DNA of 64,000 bases. Source: Schmidtea nova. Its lineage: Eukaryota. Position numbers and translations under genes: made by a program. Of this stretch, positions 1 through 10,051 are shown piece after piece (position 1 is the first letter of the stretch; every line of letters starts with the position of its first letter). The stretch lies in assembly GCA_044892505.1 (NCBI GenBank), contig CM097882.1:15376001-15440000 (forward strand). Direction: 5' to 3'. The notes beneath the pieces are model-generated. The model did not search any database. It was not told the origin of the DNA and worked only from the letters and a program-made list of their open reading frames with translations.

Positions 1-1
1 C

Positions 2-449
2 GAAGCAGGTTTAGATGGTAGGATTGTCCGATCTATTGTTCAAAGAGATGTTCAAAAGGTTTTGATTCAATTACTGAAATTTCTATTGATTGCTCTTCCT
101 GCTACGTCTGTCAATAGTTTTGTTAGATTTCTAGAAAAGATATTATTTTATATGCTTCAGAACTAGGCTTGTGGAATATTCTTATGAACTTTTTTTCAAG
201 CATCAAACTTATTATTGCGTGGAAAACATTGATTATCGAATTAAAAGGGTTGACCAAAGTCTCACAGAAGATATCTCAGTATTTTCATCATCATTAGATC
301 ATTCATATTCTCAATTAACGAAACCGTTTCTGGATCTCTGCTTAATGTCATTTTCATTGTATGAACTTGCTCGAAATCGTAGAACTAGTAGAAGAATTCC
401 GTGTATTGTTGCTTCTGGAGTTGTTATTTCAACTGGAGAATTACTGTGA
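2..449 (+). pseudogene. ABCD: Peroxisomal ABC transporter (ABCD1/2-like) fragment, frameshifted
   Basis: Frame +2 reads [16 protein letters not shown]...[18 protein letters not shown]. After a frameshift near 135-155 it reads [11 protein letters not shown]...QTYY...RIKRVDQSLTEDI...YSQLTKPFLD, matching the ABCD transmembrane region. TGA stop at 447-449. Confidence 0.8.
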
Positions 450-658
450 TTTGACGATTGTCCCGGAATCCTCTCGAAAGTTCATTTGAATGTTGTTTAT
501 TTAGTTACAGAAATGAATAAAAATTATTATNNNNNNNNNNNNNNNNNNNNNNNNNNNNNNNNNNNNNNNNNNNNNNNNNNNNNNNNNNNNNNNNNNNNNN
601 NNNNNNNNNNNNNNNNNNNNNNNNNNNNNNNNNNNNNNNNNNNNNNNNNNNNNNNNNN

Positions 659-870
659 ATGACTATAGATCAAACTTTTTTTTATAAACAATAACACAAT
701 ATTTCGGCACAGCCTTTATCAAGTGTGTATTTAAAGTGTGTATATAAAGGCTGTGCCGAAATATTGTGTTATTGTTTATAAAAAAAAAGTTTGATCTATA
801 GTCATCATTATGAGAATTATTGATAATAATAATAAAAAAAGATCAAAGATGAAAAAAGATAATTATGATT
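659..870. repeat. Palindromic foldback/MITE-like repeat
   Basis: ~55-bp inverted arms ATGACTATAGATCAAAC...CGGCACAGCC / GGCTGTGCCG...GTTTGATCTATAGTCAT (659-805). Related copies at 36622-36780 and 47514-47620. Confidence 0.8.
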
Positions 871-1142
871 ATTATTATTGTTATTATTATTATCTCAGAC
901 AGAAAAATGAAAATTCAATTATTCAACATCAACAGAAGATCAACTATTATATCCATGTAATCAGAGGAAAAGAAGAAATGCTAGATGAAAATGGTCAAAT
1001 ATGGTGGGATATCAAAAAAATTGCTTCATGAAAAATCAAGGAGCCAGCAATGGGTAAAATATTGCGAGAAGCAAACTATGATGCCACAATTGTAGGGGAA
1101 ACAAAATAAAACAAAATCGATGACGCACCCAACAAGGAGCCA

Positions 1143-2168
1143 ATGCAGAAAGAAAATCCTGAATTCCTACAAATAAAAAAGGAAATGTTGAAGAGAAAAT
1201 TATCGTTTATTCAGAAGAAAATGGACATAGAAAAAAGTCGCCGTAGGATATTGTTCATTGATGCTGAATATGGGATCAATGATACTGGAAAGATGATTCC
1301 CTTGGCAATGGCCATTACGGATTTTCATGGGAAAATTGTGAAAAATGTTTTCTTGACTTCCAGAGGAAGACTCAAACATTTAAACTCAAACATCCATGGA
1401 ATAACGGAGGTGGCCAGCCGAAACCAAAATGACCAATACGAAGAAATGAAGGAGATTCAAAAACTGGTAAAAGTACTAGTAGAAGACGACCTACACACAG
1501 AGTTGCAATTCTTACGGATATGGGTTAACCATCTTTATGACATTTGGGATCTAGCTACAACTCAAGCTTTGTAATTGAGAATAGTAACAAGAACATGAGA
1601 ATGGTTTAAACTAAAAACCGTAATGAAGGAACTATATGGAGAAGAGATTCAAATGGGTATAAACTCAGCTTTGGAGGACGTCAAAAGTATTTGGAAGATA
1701 TATCTGAGACTCGAAAATCTTTGGATTGAAGACGTATTGATGCCCAAGAAAGGGCCATCGAGAAAATATTCGTTACAAAAATATCAAGCTATGCAACATA
1801 TGGAATCGACATCCTAAATTCCCAGCTCAGAAAGAACGATAATAATTGCAGATGAGACAGACATGAAAATGGAGAAAATCGATACGAGGACAGAAATGAG
1901 GAATCAAAAGTTGAAATGGGCAACTGAAACGTATTTGGCGGAAATTGAAAAGAATGTTAAATTGATTGAAACCACCAAATTGGCGTGAATTAAATTATCG
2001 ATGGAATATGGCCCAATAAAACGGAAGGATGATCGCAAAATAAAAGCTACAACATCTAATGTCGATGTTGGAGAAATATTGACCATCAACGGTGTGGTGT
2101 ATGAATAAGAAGAAACGCTTATCAGATATCGACATGGAAAAAAGAGGCTGGAGATCAAAATGGACTAA
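1143..2168 (+). pseudogene. DEDDh 3'-5' exonuclease (ISG20/REXO4-like) remnant
   Basis: FIDAEYG (Exo I), NIHGIT, LVEDDLHTEL (degenerate Exo II), IQMGINSALEDV (degenerate Exo III). Split by stops into 1143-1574, 1623-1817 and an interrupted tail ending ATGGACTAA at 2168. Confidence 0.6.
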
Positions 2169-2315
2169 AATTATATTAATTATATATATGATTATTTATA
2201 AATAAATATTGCAATTCTGTCTCAGTTCGTTAAATTGGTGCCCACCGGTCAAACCCCATAAAAAAATAAATAAAACATAAATACCGAAAAAATAAAATTT
2301 TGAAATTTATATAAA

Positions 2316-2377
2316 AACCAACAACCTCCAATCACCGGGGTTACACTTCCTTGGACAGCGATTGAAAGTTGTCAGTT
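2316..2377 (-). ncRNA. Candidate 62-nt hairpin RNA A (also at 12029-12090)
   Basis: Minus strand AACUGACAACUUUCAAUCGCU pairs with GGUGAUUGGAGGUUGUUGGUU over 21 bp including G-U pairs; 20-nt loop; ends in a T5 run. Confidence 0.35.
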
Positions 2378-2504
2378 ATTATTCAACACAGAGTATGGTC
2401 ACTATAAGTATTATATCAAACTAGGCTTTATCCCGTGCTAGCACAGGTAATTCCATGCTAGCACGAATAAATAGTTTGAATACTTAAAGCCTTGTCACTG
2501 CATG

Positions 2505-2633
2505 TATGTGTCTGTAACGCTGATAATAAATCAACTTAATAAATTTATTTTAATAAATTTTAATAAATTTCAATTTTAATCTACTTACTATAGTAAGTAG
2601 ACTGTCTAATGTGGTCGGCGTTACAGACACATA
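2505..2633. mobile_element. 129-bp MITE-like element (also in repeat copy 2)
   Basis: Perfect 16-bp inverted repeat TATGTGTCTGTAACGC / GCGTTACAGACACATA with TA ends. Internal 20-bp palindrome CTACTTACTATAGTAAGTAG at 2581-2600. Confidence 0.55.
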
Positions 2634-2735
2634 GAGTGATAAGAATTATATATATATATATATGAATAAAATTTTAAAGAAAATTTGAACATTATATATA
2701 TTATATCAAATGAATAAAATTTAGAACTAAATAAA

Positions 2736-2797
2736 AACCAACAATTCCCTATCGCTTGGATTACACTTCCCTGAGCAGCGATTAAAAGATGACAGTT
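2736..2797 (-). ncRNA. Candidate 62-nt hairpin RNA B, paralog of A (also at 12445-12506)
   Basis: Diverged copy of hairpin A with 17/21 stem pairs, conserved loop GGAAGUGUAA and a terminal T5 run. Confidence 0.3.
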
Positions 2798-3006
2798 ATT
2801 ATTACGATATGTAGTTTAAAGTATTGTCATTATAAATATTATAACAAATCATTATTATAGTTATTTGTTTAAGTTCTTCGTGTGTGAAAGGTTGTTCTTC
2901 GTTAGTGCGTAATATATTCGGTAATGATTTGTGTACGTGGTTGTTTTGGAAGTGGTAAGGGCTCGAATGAGTCTTCAAATGTTGTAGGGACAATCAGGGT
3001 GAATGC

Positions 3007-3056
<50 letters not shown>

Positions 3057-4069
3057 GTGACAAAGTAGATAATAACAAAAGTAACAGTAAATAAATAACT
3101 AACAATAAATGGTTTTTTTATAATTTTATTAGATTTAACACAAATATAGAACCTTTACTCACGTACGATTCTTCCAAATTCTCCTCTAAAATTCCCGTAA
3201 ATTCTTTTATTGAAAGGACTTCCTCCTGATTAAGTAATCTTCAATTTAATTTGCTAGTTTTTTCTTAAAGTTTTTAATTCACTTTTATTATTAAGGGAAT
3301 CGATTCTATTTTTAATTTCAATTTTTTTGAATTCGCTATAGTAAATTGCCAAGGTATTTACTATAGGGAATAAAAGATTATTGATCACAAGTATTGGGTG
3401 GGGGAAGCGGAAATAACCCACACGTGTTCAATAAATAATAAGATTACAATAATAATAAAAATACCTACATCAAAAAAATATCAATTCAATCACATAACTT
3501 TATTATATCGTTGTAATAATATTAGGACAACAAAATCAATATTGGTGATGTCATTATCAGTTAGACAACAAAATGAAGTAATAAAATAAATCAAAAAAGT
3601 CTTTGGCAAATTGAATAAAATAATAAAATGAATCATTAATTTAAATTATAAGACAAAATTATTATTATAATAGAGTGACAAATAAGATATTATAAAAATG
3701 AATAACCAAGACAATCGTTGTTTTACTTCCAATTTCAACATTACCATATAATATCAGAATTATCATTACGAGTAGGAGGTTCATCATTTCAATTATTATC
3801 AATTTTATTTTGATCAGATGTTTAGCTACTGAAATAAAAATCAATAAAACTTAAAAATACGTAAACATTTATTTAATTCCAATGGTCGTTGTTGCTTCGA
3901 ATTATGTACTTCTGAAATTGTTGATTTTTGGATTGTATTTTGTAATTGTATTTTCTGGAACTATTCTTAATTTCTGTTTTCTTGCTTGCTTCTAAGTTTG
4001 AAAAAGAGAAAAAAAGTGTCGTTTTTAGTAATTTAAACAAACGCCTTTTACAAATATATTGATATTTGA

Positions 4070-4145
<76 letters not shown>

Positions 4146-4711
4146 GATATAATATTTAATTATTTTTTTTAATTTTTACTTGAATTTCTATATATAAAAA
4201 ATATGATACTAATAAATAAATAACGGAGGCACTACAAGATGTATCAATACAATTACTCACCACTTCAATTATTATCATTGTTAATGTTACTAGTATCATT
4301 ATTATAACTATGTTGGTGTCGCTACAATAGAAATAGCTAGTGACAATATTATTATTATTAAAAAATTTATTAAGTATAACAAGTTTGTCTTTTTACAGGT
4401 ACAGATAAGATATTCAGCATGGAATATTACAACAACAATCATATGTTAAAAAACTGCTGCATCTTTTCGTGGATCTGATATTTCATTGGAATTCATTATC
4501 CAGCTTTGCGACATTTTTCAGTTGAATTCAGCTTTCTAAAATATAAATGGTTTCGTCGCAGAATGTTTTATTTCGAAAATTACCTTTAACTACTTGAATT
4601 GCCAGTTCAAAAGAGGGTTAATATTTACATACTTTTATAGTTAAAACAAATGTATTTTACAAAACTTTATAATAATTTAAATTTGTTTAATTAATACTAT
4701 TTAATATTTAT

Positions 4712-7700
4712 TTACACAAAGTTTGGGAGAAACCCATTGGTATGAAAGTACCAAATTCTAGCTGAATGTGCAATATTACTTATTGCACAATCTTTCAATA
4801 GTGTTTTAATTCTTTTCTCTTGGACCCCCATATTTAATAAAAGATCTATTGTTTTAGGTTCGAATGATCCCAAGGAGCCAATTATACAAGTAAACAATTC
4901 AACTTTAAAGTCTGGTTTAACTGCTTGTATCTCAGATCTCAAATTTTCGTATTTTTCCAAGTTTAGTTTGTCACTCAACTCAAAGTTTGAAACAGAATCA
5001 ATTGGACATTTCATGTCTACTAAAAGTATAGTTTTCTTTTCAGTATTTGTTATTAAAAAGTCAACGCGTTCAGTTGAATTCGGTACCAGGGAACATTTGT
5101 GATCGACGACAACAAGTAAATGTGGATTTTTGAGTTCATTTTTGATTTTATCTATACAAGCATTGTGTCTATTTGTAGCTAAAGATTGATTGATTTTACA
5201 TTTTTGTAAAACGTGAAATATTGTTTCATCCTCAGATTTACACCTGCGACACAGACGATTCTCGCCAGTTTTATGTGGTTTGGCAAATGTTGAGAGAGTG
5301 TTTGTTCGTGCACGATGAACGAATTTCCATTCGAATTCTGTCAAATCACTCCGGAAAATAAGCTTATTTACAAGAGGACAGAGTTTAATCGCAGAAACGA
5401 GAAGATTACTATTATTACTCATTTCCCATTTTTCGAGATATGAAACTTGTATTGCAGAATGCAATATTTTTGACAACGCCTTTCTTAGAGTTGGTAATAA
5501 TATGCGTGTGCCAGTTAATGTTGTATTGATACGAATTGAAAGATTTTCTTTGCCAGTTTCAAATAATAGTTTGATGTTGTGAACTCTGGCAAAGTAAGCA
5601 ATAGATGTTCGTAATCGGTAAAAACGAGTTTTACCACCGCTGTGATTTTGTTTACTATCTTTACCATTAACCCATTCTAAACTTTGCTGAAGAGTTGGAT
5701 TTTTAATTCCAAGTCTTGAACTCGTTACAGACAAGAGTGAAAAGGTATTTATCTTTTTCGAGTATTCCCAAGGTGATGTTAGCAAACGATAAAAGTATAC
5801 AATCGTCTGTGTGTGGTACTCATCAAGCAGATCTATGCAACCAGCTCCACCAGTTTCCGTTGCATTATAAAAATAACTAATTTCAGAATAGTTCGGTAAG
5901 TTTAAAATCTTTCTTAAATGGCTTCTCAGCAGACTAGTATTATTAACATTTATTCTTGAATTATTTTGGGGATTAGCTAAAGAACTGGTTTTTATTTCTC
6001 TAGTTCTAAATGGGAAAATTAGCCGAGAATGCAAAAACATTTTATAAGCCTTAAGTTTTTGCCAGCCATGAAGATCAGAATTAGCAATCTTTTTAGTGTC
6101 TTCGATGACTTTGCTGACGATTTCATAGGGACTTTGATCATTATTCTCACCTATTGGTACACCCAAATATTGGTAAAATTCATTTGTCGTAATCTTTTTT
6201 ATGTATTCTTTTTTAACATCAATTTCACTTATAGTTTCAACCTTTGGATATTGAATGTATGCGCATTTCTCAGGACGATATTCAAATCCGATTTCATTAG
6301 CAGTACTGATAGCAATGTCTATCAATGTCTGTAAATCAAATGTATTCGTCGCGATAAGAGCTATGTCATCTGCATAAGCCAACACTTGTACAGGAGAAGT
6401 CCCTATCATAAATGGATTAACATTCGACAGGTTTATAGCTTCAAGAACTGGATTGATAGCTATTGAAAAGAGTATCATTGAAATTGGACAACCTTGCTTG
6501 ACACCTTTCTTTATCAGAATGTCTGGTGTCTGCATTTTATTACAGCAATAAAATGAGCTTGTGTCCGTGTAAATTAGTTTTAATATCTTTATAAAGTTTT
6601 CACCAACGTTCATGTGTCTTAAAAGTGTCCACATGTAGTCGTGTGGAACACTACCGAACGCGTCTTTTATGTCGAGCCAAGCTATAGTCACAGGTGAGGA
6701 TTTACTATATTTCGAATGTTCGACAATCGCAGAAAGAATTGAATTGTGTTCAATACATCCCTCGTACTCCGAACCACCCTTTTGGCCAACGTGTAACAGT
6801 GAGTTATTTCTGATCCATGAACTAAGACGATTTGCTAAGACTGAAGCAAAGACTTTGTAAATAACAGACAATAACGCTATTGGTCTCCAAGATGACACTT
6901 TATGGTATTGACCTTTTTTATCAGGTTTCGGAATTAATATTGTTTTAAAAGACTTCCAACTTGTGGGAATTATTTGAAGTTGAATAATTCTATTAAATAA
7001 AAAAGCCAAAAGTTTACAGTCTGGATCAAATAACAGAAGGTCTTTGTAACGAACATTATCAAGCCCTGGTGATGTGTTGTCAGTTTTCTCAAGATTAGTA
7101 AAGATTTCTCTAGGTGTCATTGGATCTAAAACAAGCATCGCATTAGATGTTTTGGTGAATTTTAAAATGCTTTCCCAACTAGCAGGAAATTCATCTGGAT
7201 GACTGAAGTTGGAAATAATTTCCTGAAAAGACGGAGCCACTGATTCAATTTTATCACCTAATATCCTATAAACAGTTTGTTTCATATTAGTTAAAAACTC
7301 TGTAGAGTTTTTCATTTTCTTAGTTTTTAATGGCTTATTACCTAGATATGGGCTTCGAGTGTGATTTGTGTTAAGATTTTCTAGACGAGGAATGTTTGAA
7401 AGAATACAAGAGATTATTTCATCAACGCTCGAATTTTCAAGTGTATCTAAAAGTCGGTTGATCTTTTCTAATCGTTGTTTTAAGTTCAATTTTAACGAAT
7501 TTACAAGTTTTAACTTTTGACGTCTTTCTTCCATCACATTGTCATTTTTATCGACTATTGGCACAAGAGCATTTATCAGATTGGCAATTTCGTGAAGATT
7601 AATGTTTTCCAAAGGTCTGTCTTGTGCATAATTTCTCATAAAAGCACAAATTAAAATTTTACTAAACAATCCAGAACCTTTTACATCATGAGGACAGTTA

Positions 7701-9307
7701 CGAGTTTTAATAGCACGTCCTGTGCTTTCCCTTATATCATTTATTTTAAGAAATATTTTGTGACAGTAAACTTCTGTCATTATATTCACTTCCTTAATCA
7801 CAGGGCTAATAAAATAATGCTCATCTGTGTTGTAGTCGATTATCATGAGCAAATCATGGACCTTTGGAGGCGAAATGATTGCAAAGATAACATTAGCTTT
7901 CATCATGCACTCAATGTTTAAAAATTCTTTCAAGTATTGAGTGCAATCATCTGAAATTGCAGCACACATGGTTTTATTTAAAAGAATAAAATTATTAGAT
8001 AAGTTTAGATTAAGAAAATATTGACTGATGATTTTCTCACTTATTTTACCATTGATAGAGCTTAGACTAGGAGTAATTTCTATACAAGTTTGAATTTTTA
8101 TTGTATTTAGCAAATCATATATTTTATCATTTTCTAAGATTTTACCAAAAACAAGTTTCTCGAAAAGAACAATGAAAGAGCTAGCAAACAATTGATCATC
8201 ATAAGAGAAAAAAGTCGGGTGAGAAATTCGATGATTAGCTAAGAATTCAATATTACGTCCAAGACAAAATTTATTGAGGTATTCGGTCATCTTTTCTCCA
8301 ATTTCAATTAGTCGATCGTCAATGTTTCGGTAACTAAAATCAAACATGAGACTGTTTTCAAGAGTATTTGAGTAGATGAAGAGGCACCAATCGTTGAATT
8401 TAGGAATGACAGCGATTATATGATCTACTCCTTTAAATTGCTTAAATGTTACATTATCAGTAATGAAAGATTTATTTTGTGCAATTAAATTAAGAGTCAT
8501 TTCAGCAGATAAAACTATGATTGCAGTGTTATTTTGATAATATTTACAAATTATTGATGACACACATGGCTTTTGAGTATTTAGTATTTTGGTTATAGTT
8601 GTATCGTTATTTACTACTCTTTTATTGACAAGTGCTTTTTTAATGTTGATTTTAGACGTGTCAATCTTTAGATTTGCACCGCCTGATGACTTTGAATTAG
8701 AAATCTGTAACTGTTTCTGATATAAATGTACATCTTTCCGTATTTGTTCAATGAATCCAACAGGGAGACTCGTCCAATCTTTACTTATAATCACTGCATA
8801 AGCGCAAGTGAATGGACCGCAGTCAAAATTATTTTTTTGATATTCAAGATGTACATGTGGTTGACGGGAAACAGTAATATTTAATTTGAAGAATTTATTT
8901 AATTCTACGTTTATTCTTAATGCCATTTGTTTGTTAATTGGCTTATGTCGATTAGCATAGATTGGGTCAATAAAATAGGATGATAGAAACTTCTTACTAT
9001 AGACAAATAGGATCCAATGCGAATTGTTGATATTTAGGGGACAAAAAACTGTTTCAGCATTGATTATGGTTTGAGGAATTTTAATAATGTCTTGATGCAT
9101 ATCAGAGCAAAGAATATTTACGACGAAGCATTTTATGTATGCGTGCAGTGGATTGTCAATATTTTGCTCCAAATACCAGTCAATATCATTATCGGAAAAC
9201 CACATTTCAGGATCACGATCGTCAAGGTTTAAATAGTTGGTGTTGATAGTGCTCTCTGCATCAGTCTCATTAGAGGAAATGGCAGAAGATTGAGCTGATG
9301 CAGGCAC
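4712..9307 (-). CDS. Ulp1/SENP protease (one intact plus two degenerate modules), reverse transcriptase, CCHC finger, RLE endonuclease
   Basis: NNSHWILFVY, FIDP and QKNNFDCGPF (H-D-Q-C catalytic set). RT: WRPIALL, WLDIKDAFGSVPH, GVKQGCPISM, LAYADD. CRRCKSEDETIFHVLQKC, RHN, RVDFL, VDMKCP, EKY. Confidence 0.95.
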   Translation of the reverse strand: MPASAQSSAISSNETDAESTINTNYLNLDDRDPEMWFSDNDIDWYLEQNIDNPLHAYIKCFVVNILCSDMHQDIIKIPQTIINAETVFCPLNINNSHWILFVYSKKFLSSYFIDPIYANRHKPINKQMALRINVELNKFFKLNITVSRQPHVHLEYQKNNFDCGPFTCAYAVIISKDWTSLPVGFIEQIRKDVHLYQKQLQISNSKSSGGANLKIDTSKINIKKALVNKRVVNNDTTITKILNTQKPCVSSIICKYYQNNTAIIVLSAEMTLNLIAQNKSFITDNVTFKQFKGVDHIIAVIPKFNDWCLFIYSNTLENSLMFDFSYRNIDDRLIEIGEKMTEYLNKFCLGRNIEFLANHRISHPTFFSYDDQLFASSFIVLFEKLVFGKILENDKIYDLLNTIKIQTCIEITPSLSSINGKISEKIISQYFLNLNLSNNFILLNKTMCAAISDDCTQYLKEFLNIECMMKANVIFAIISPPKVHDLLMIIDYNTDEHYFISPVIKEVNIMTEVYCHKIFLKINDIRESTGRAIKTRNCPHDVKGSGLFSKILICAFMRNYAQDRPLENINLHEIANLINALVPIVDKNDNVMEERRQKLKLVNSLKLNLKQRLEKINRLLDTLENSSVDEIISCILSNIPRLENLNTNHTRSPYLGNKPLKTKKMKNSTEFLTNMKQTVYRILGDKIESVAPSFQEIISNFSHPDEFPASWESILKFTKTSNAMLVLDPMTPREIFTNLEKTDNTSPGLDNVRYKDLLLFDPDCKLLAFLFNRIIQLQIIPTSWKSFKTILIPKPDKKGQYHKVSSWRPIALLSVIYKVFASVLANRLSSWIRNNSLLHVGQKGGSEYEGCIEHNSILSAIVEHSKYSKSSPVTIAWLDIKDAFGSVPHDYMWTLLRHMNVGENFIKILKLIYTDTSSFYCCNKMQTPDILIKKGVKQGCPISMILFSIAINPVLEAINLSNVNPFMIGTSPVQVLAYADDIALIATNTFDLQTLIDIAISTANEIGFEYRPEKCAYIQYPKVETISEIDVKKEYIKKITTNEFYQYLGVPIGENNDQSPYEIVSKVIEDTKKIANSDLHGWQKLKAYKMFLHSRLIFPFRTREIKTSSLANPQNNSRINVNNTSLLRSHLRKILNLPNYSEISYFYNATETGGAGCIDLLDEYHTQTIVYFYRLLTSPWEYSKKINTFSLLSVTSSRLGIKNPTLQQSLEWVNGKDSKQNHSGGKTRFYRLRTSIAYFARVHNIKLLFETGKENLSIRINTTLTGTRILLPTLRKALSKILHSAIQVSYLEKWEMSNNSNLLVSAIKLCPLVNKLIFRSDLTEFEWKFVHRARTNTLSTFAKPHKTGENRLCRRCKSEDETIFHVLQKCKINQSLATNRHNACIDKIKNELKNPHLLVVVDHKCSLVPNSTERVDFLITNTEKKTILLVDMKCPIDSVSNFELSDKLNLEKYENLRSEIQAVKPDFKVELFTCIIGSLGSFEPKTIDLLLNMGVQEKRIKTLLKDCAISNIAHSARIWYFHTNGFLPNFV

Positions 9308-9313
9308 ACATCT

Positions 9314-9994
9314 TCATTTGAGTTTCGGTGGTTGTTTCTTCACTGTTGTTCTGGTATTTGGACCTGATTTCTTTGTTGGTACTTCTAAGGTTTCTTCAAT
9401 ATCCGAGCTAGGAGCATCAGGGATCGGCTTTACAATTGAAATTGCTTCTACTAAACACTTTTCACATACATTGATGTCGACTCCTTCTCTGATTGAAATG
9501 CATTTCTCAAGTTTATTATTGCATTTCATGCAGTTGATTTCCTCAATCAAAACGATTGGTTCGGGCTCACACTGTTTCTCAATCTGTTTTACTGTAACTA
9601 TATCTGGAATAGTTTGTTCGTCATTATTTATTTTGTTTATAGTAAACTTAAGGTCAATGATTATCTTGGAAATTTGTTGGCCCATCTCAGGAGTGCAATA
9701 TTTATTGCTAGATTCATATAATCTGAAATACTGGTTGCCATTTAAATATTTTCTAACATCCCTCAGCAAAAAGTAAATAAATCTTTTAGCTTTGGCTTCA
9801 TGTGTGTCATCAACAATTTTACGTTCATTAATAGATTTCATTAATTTAATTAGCATATTACTTTGTTGATATTTAGTTGGAAAGTTTAAGTCTAAAAGTT
9901 CAAGGAAACTATTTATACATGAAACTATTTCAGGAGAAATGACATTATGAATTTTCTTAATTTTACTAGAAATGTCCCATTGTTTTAATTTCAA
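9314..9994 (-). CDS. Middle segment of the NeSL ORF (CxxC-x17-CxxC finger), in frame with both neighbours
   Basis: CMKC...CEKC. Same frame as 4712-9307 (separated by TGA at 9314-9316) and as 10052-11779 (separated by TAA at 10052-10054). Confidence 0.75.
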   Translation of the reverse strand: MKLKQWDISSKIKKIHNVISPEIVSCINSFLELLDLNFPTKYQQSNMLIKLMKSINERKIVDDTHEAKAKRFIYFLLRDVRKYLNGNQYFRLYESSNKYCTPEMGQQISKIIIDLKFTINKINNDEQTIPDIVTVKQIEKQCEPEPIVLIEEINCMKCNNKLEKCISIREGVDINVCEKCLVEAISIVKPIPDAPSSDIEETLEVPTKKSGPNTRTTVKKQPPKLK

Positions 9995-10051
9995 AAGTTT
10001 CTCTTGACAACTAGTGTAAAAATAAGATGAATTTGGTATCTTTGGAACAAT

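Larger units (their letters stand above)
2157..4360. repeat. ~2.2-kb direct repeat, copy 1
   Basis: Near-identical to 11871-14046 (duplicate ORFs 2802/12511, 2902/12611, 3398/13107). Differences are mainly in (TA)n lengths. Confidence 0.95.

Noticed and set aside
2332-2355. TCACCGGG resembles the miR-36 seed
   Set aside because: It is not conserved in the paralogous hairpin, is on the poorer-folding strand, and spans arm and loop.
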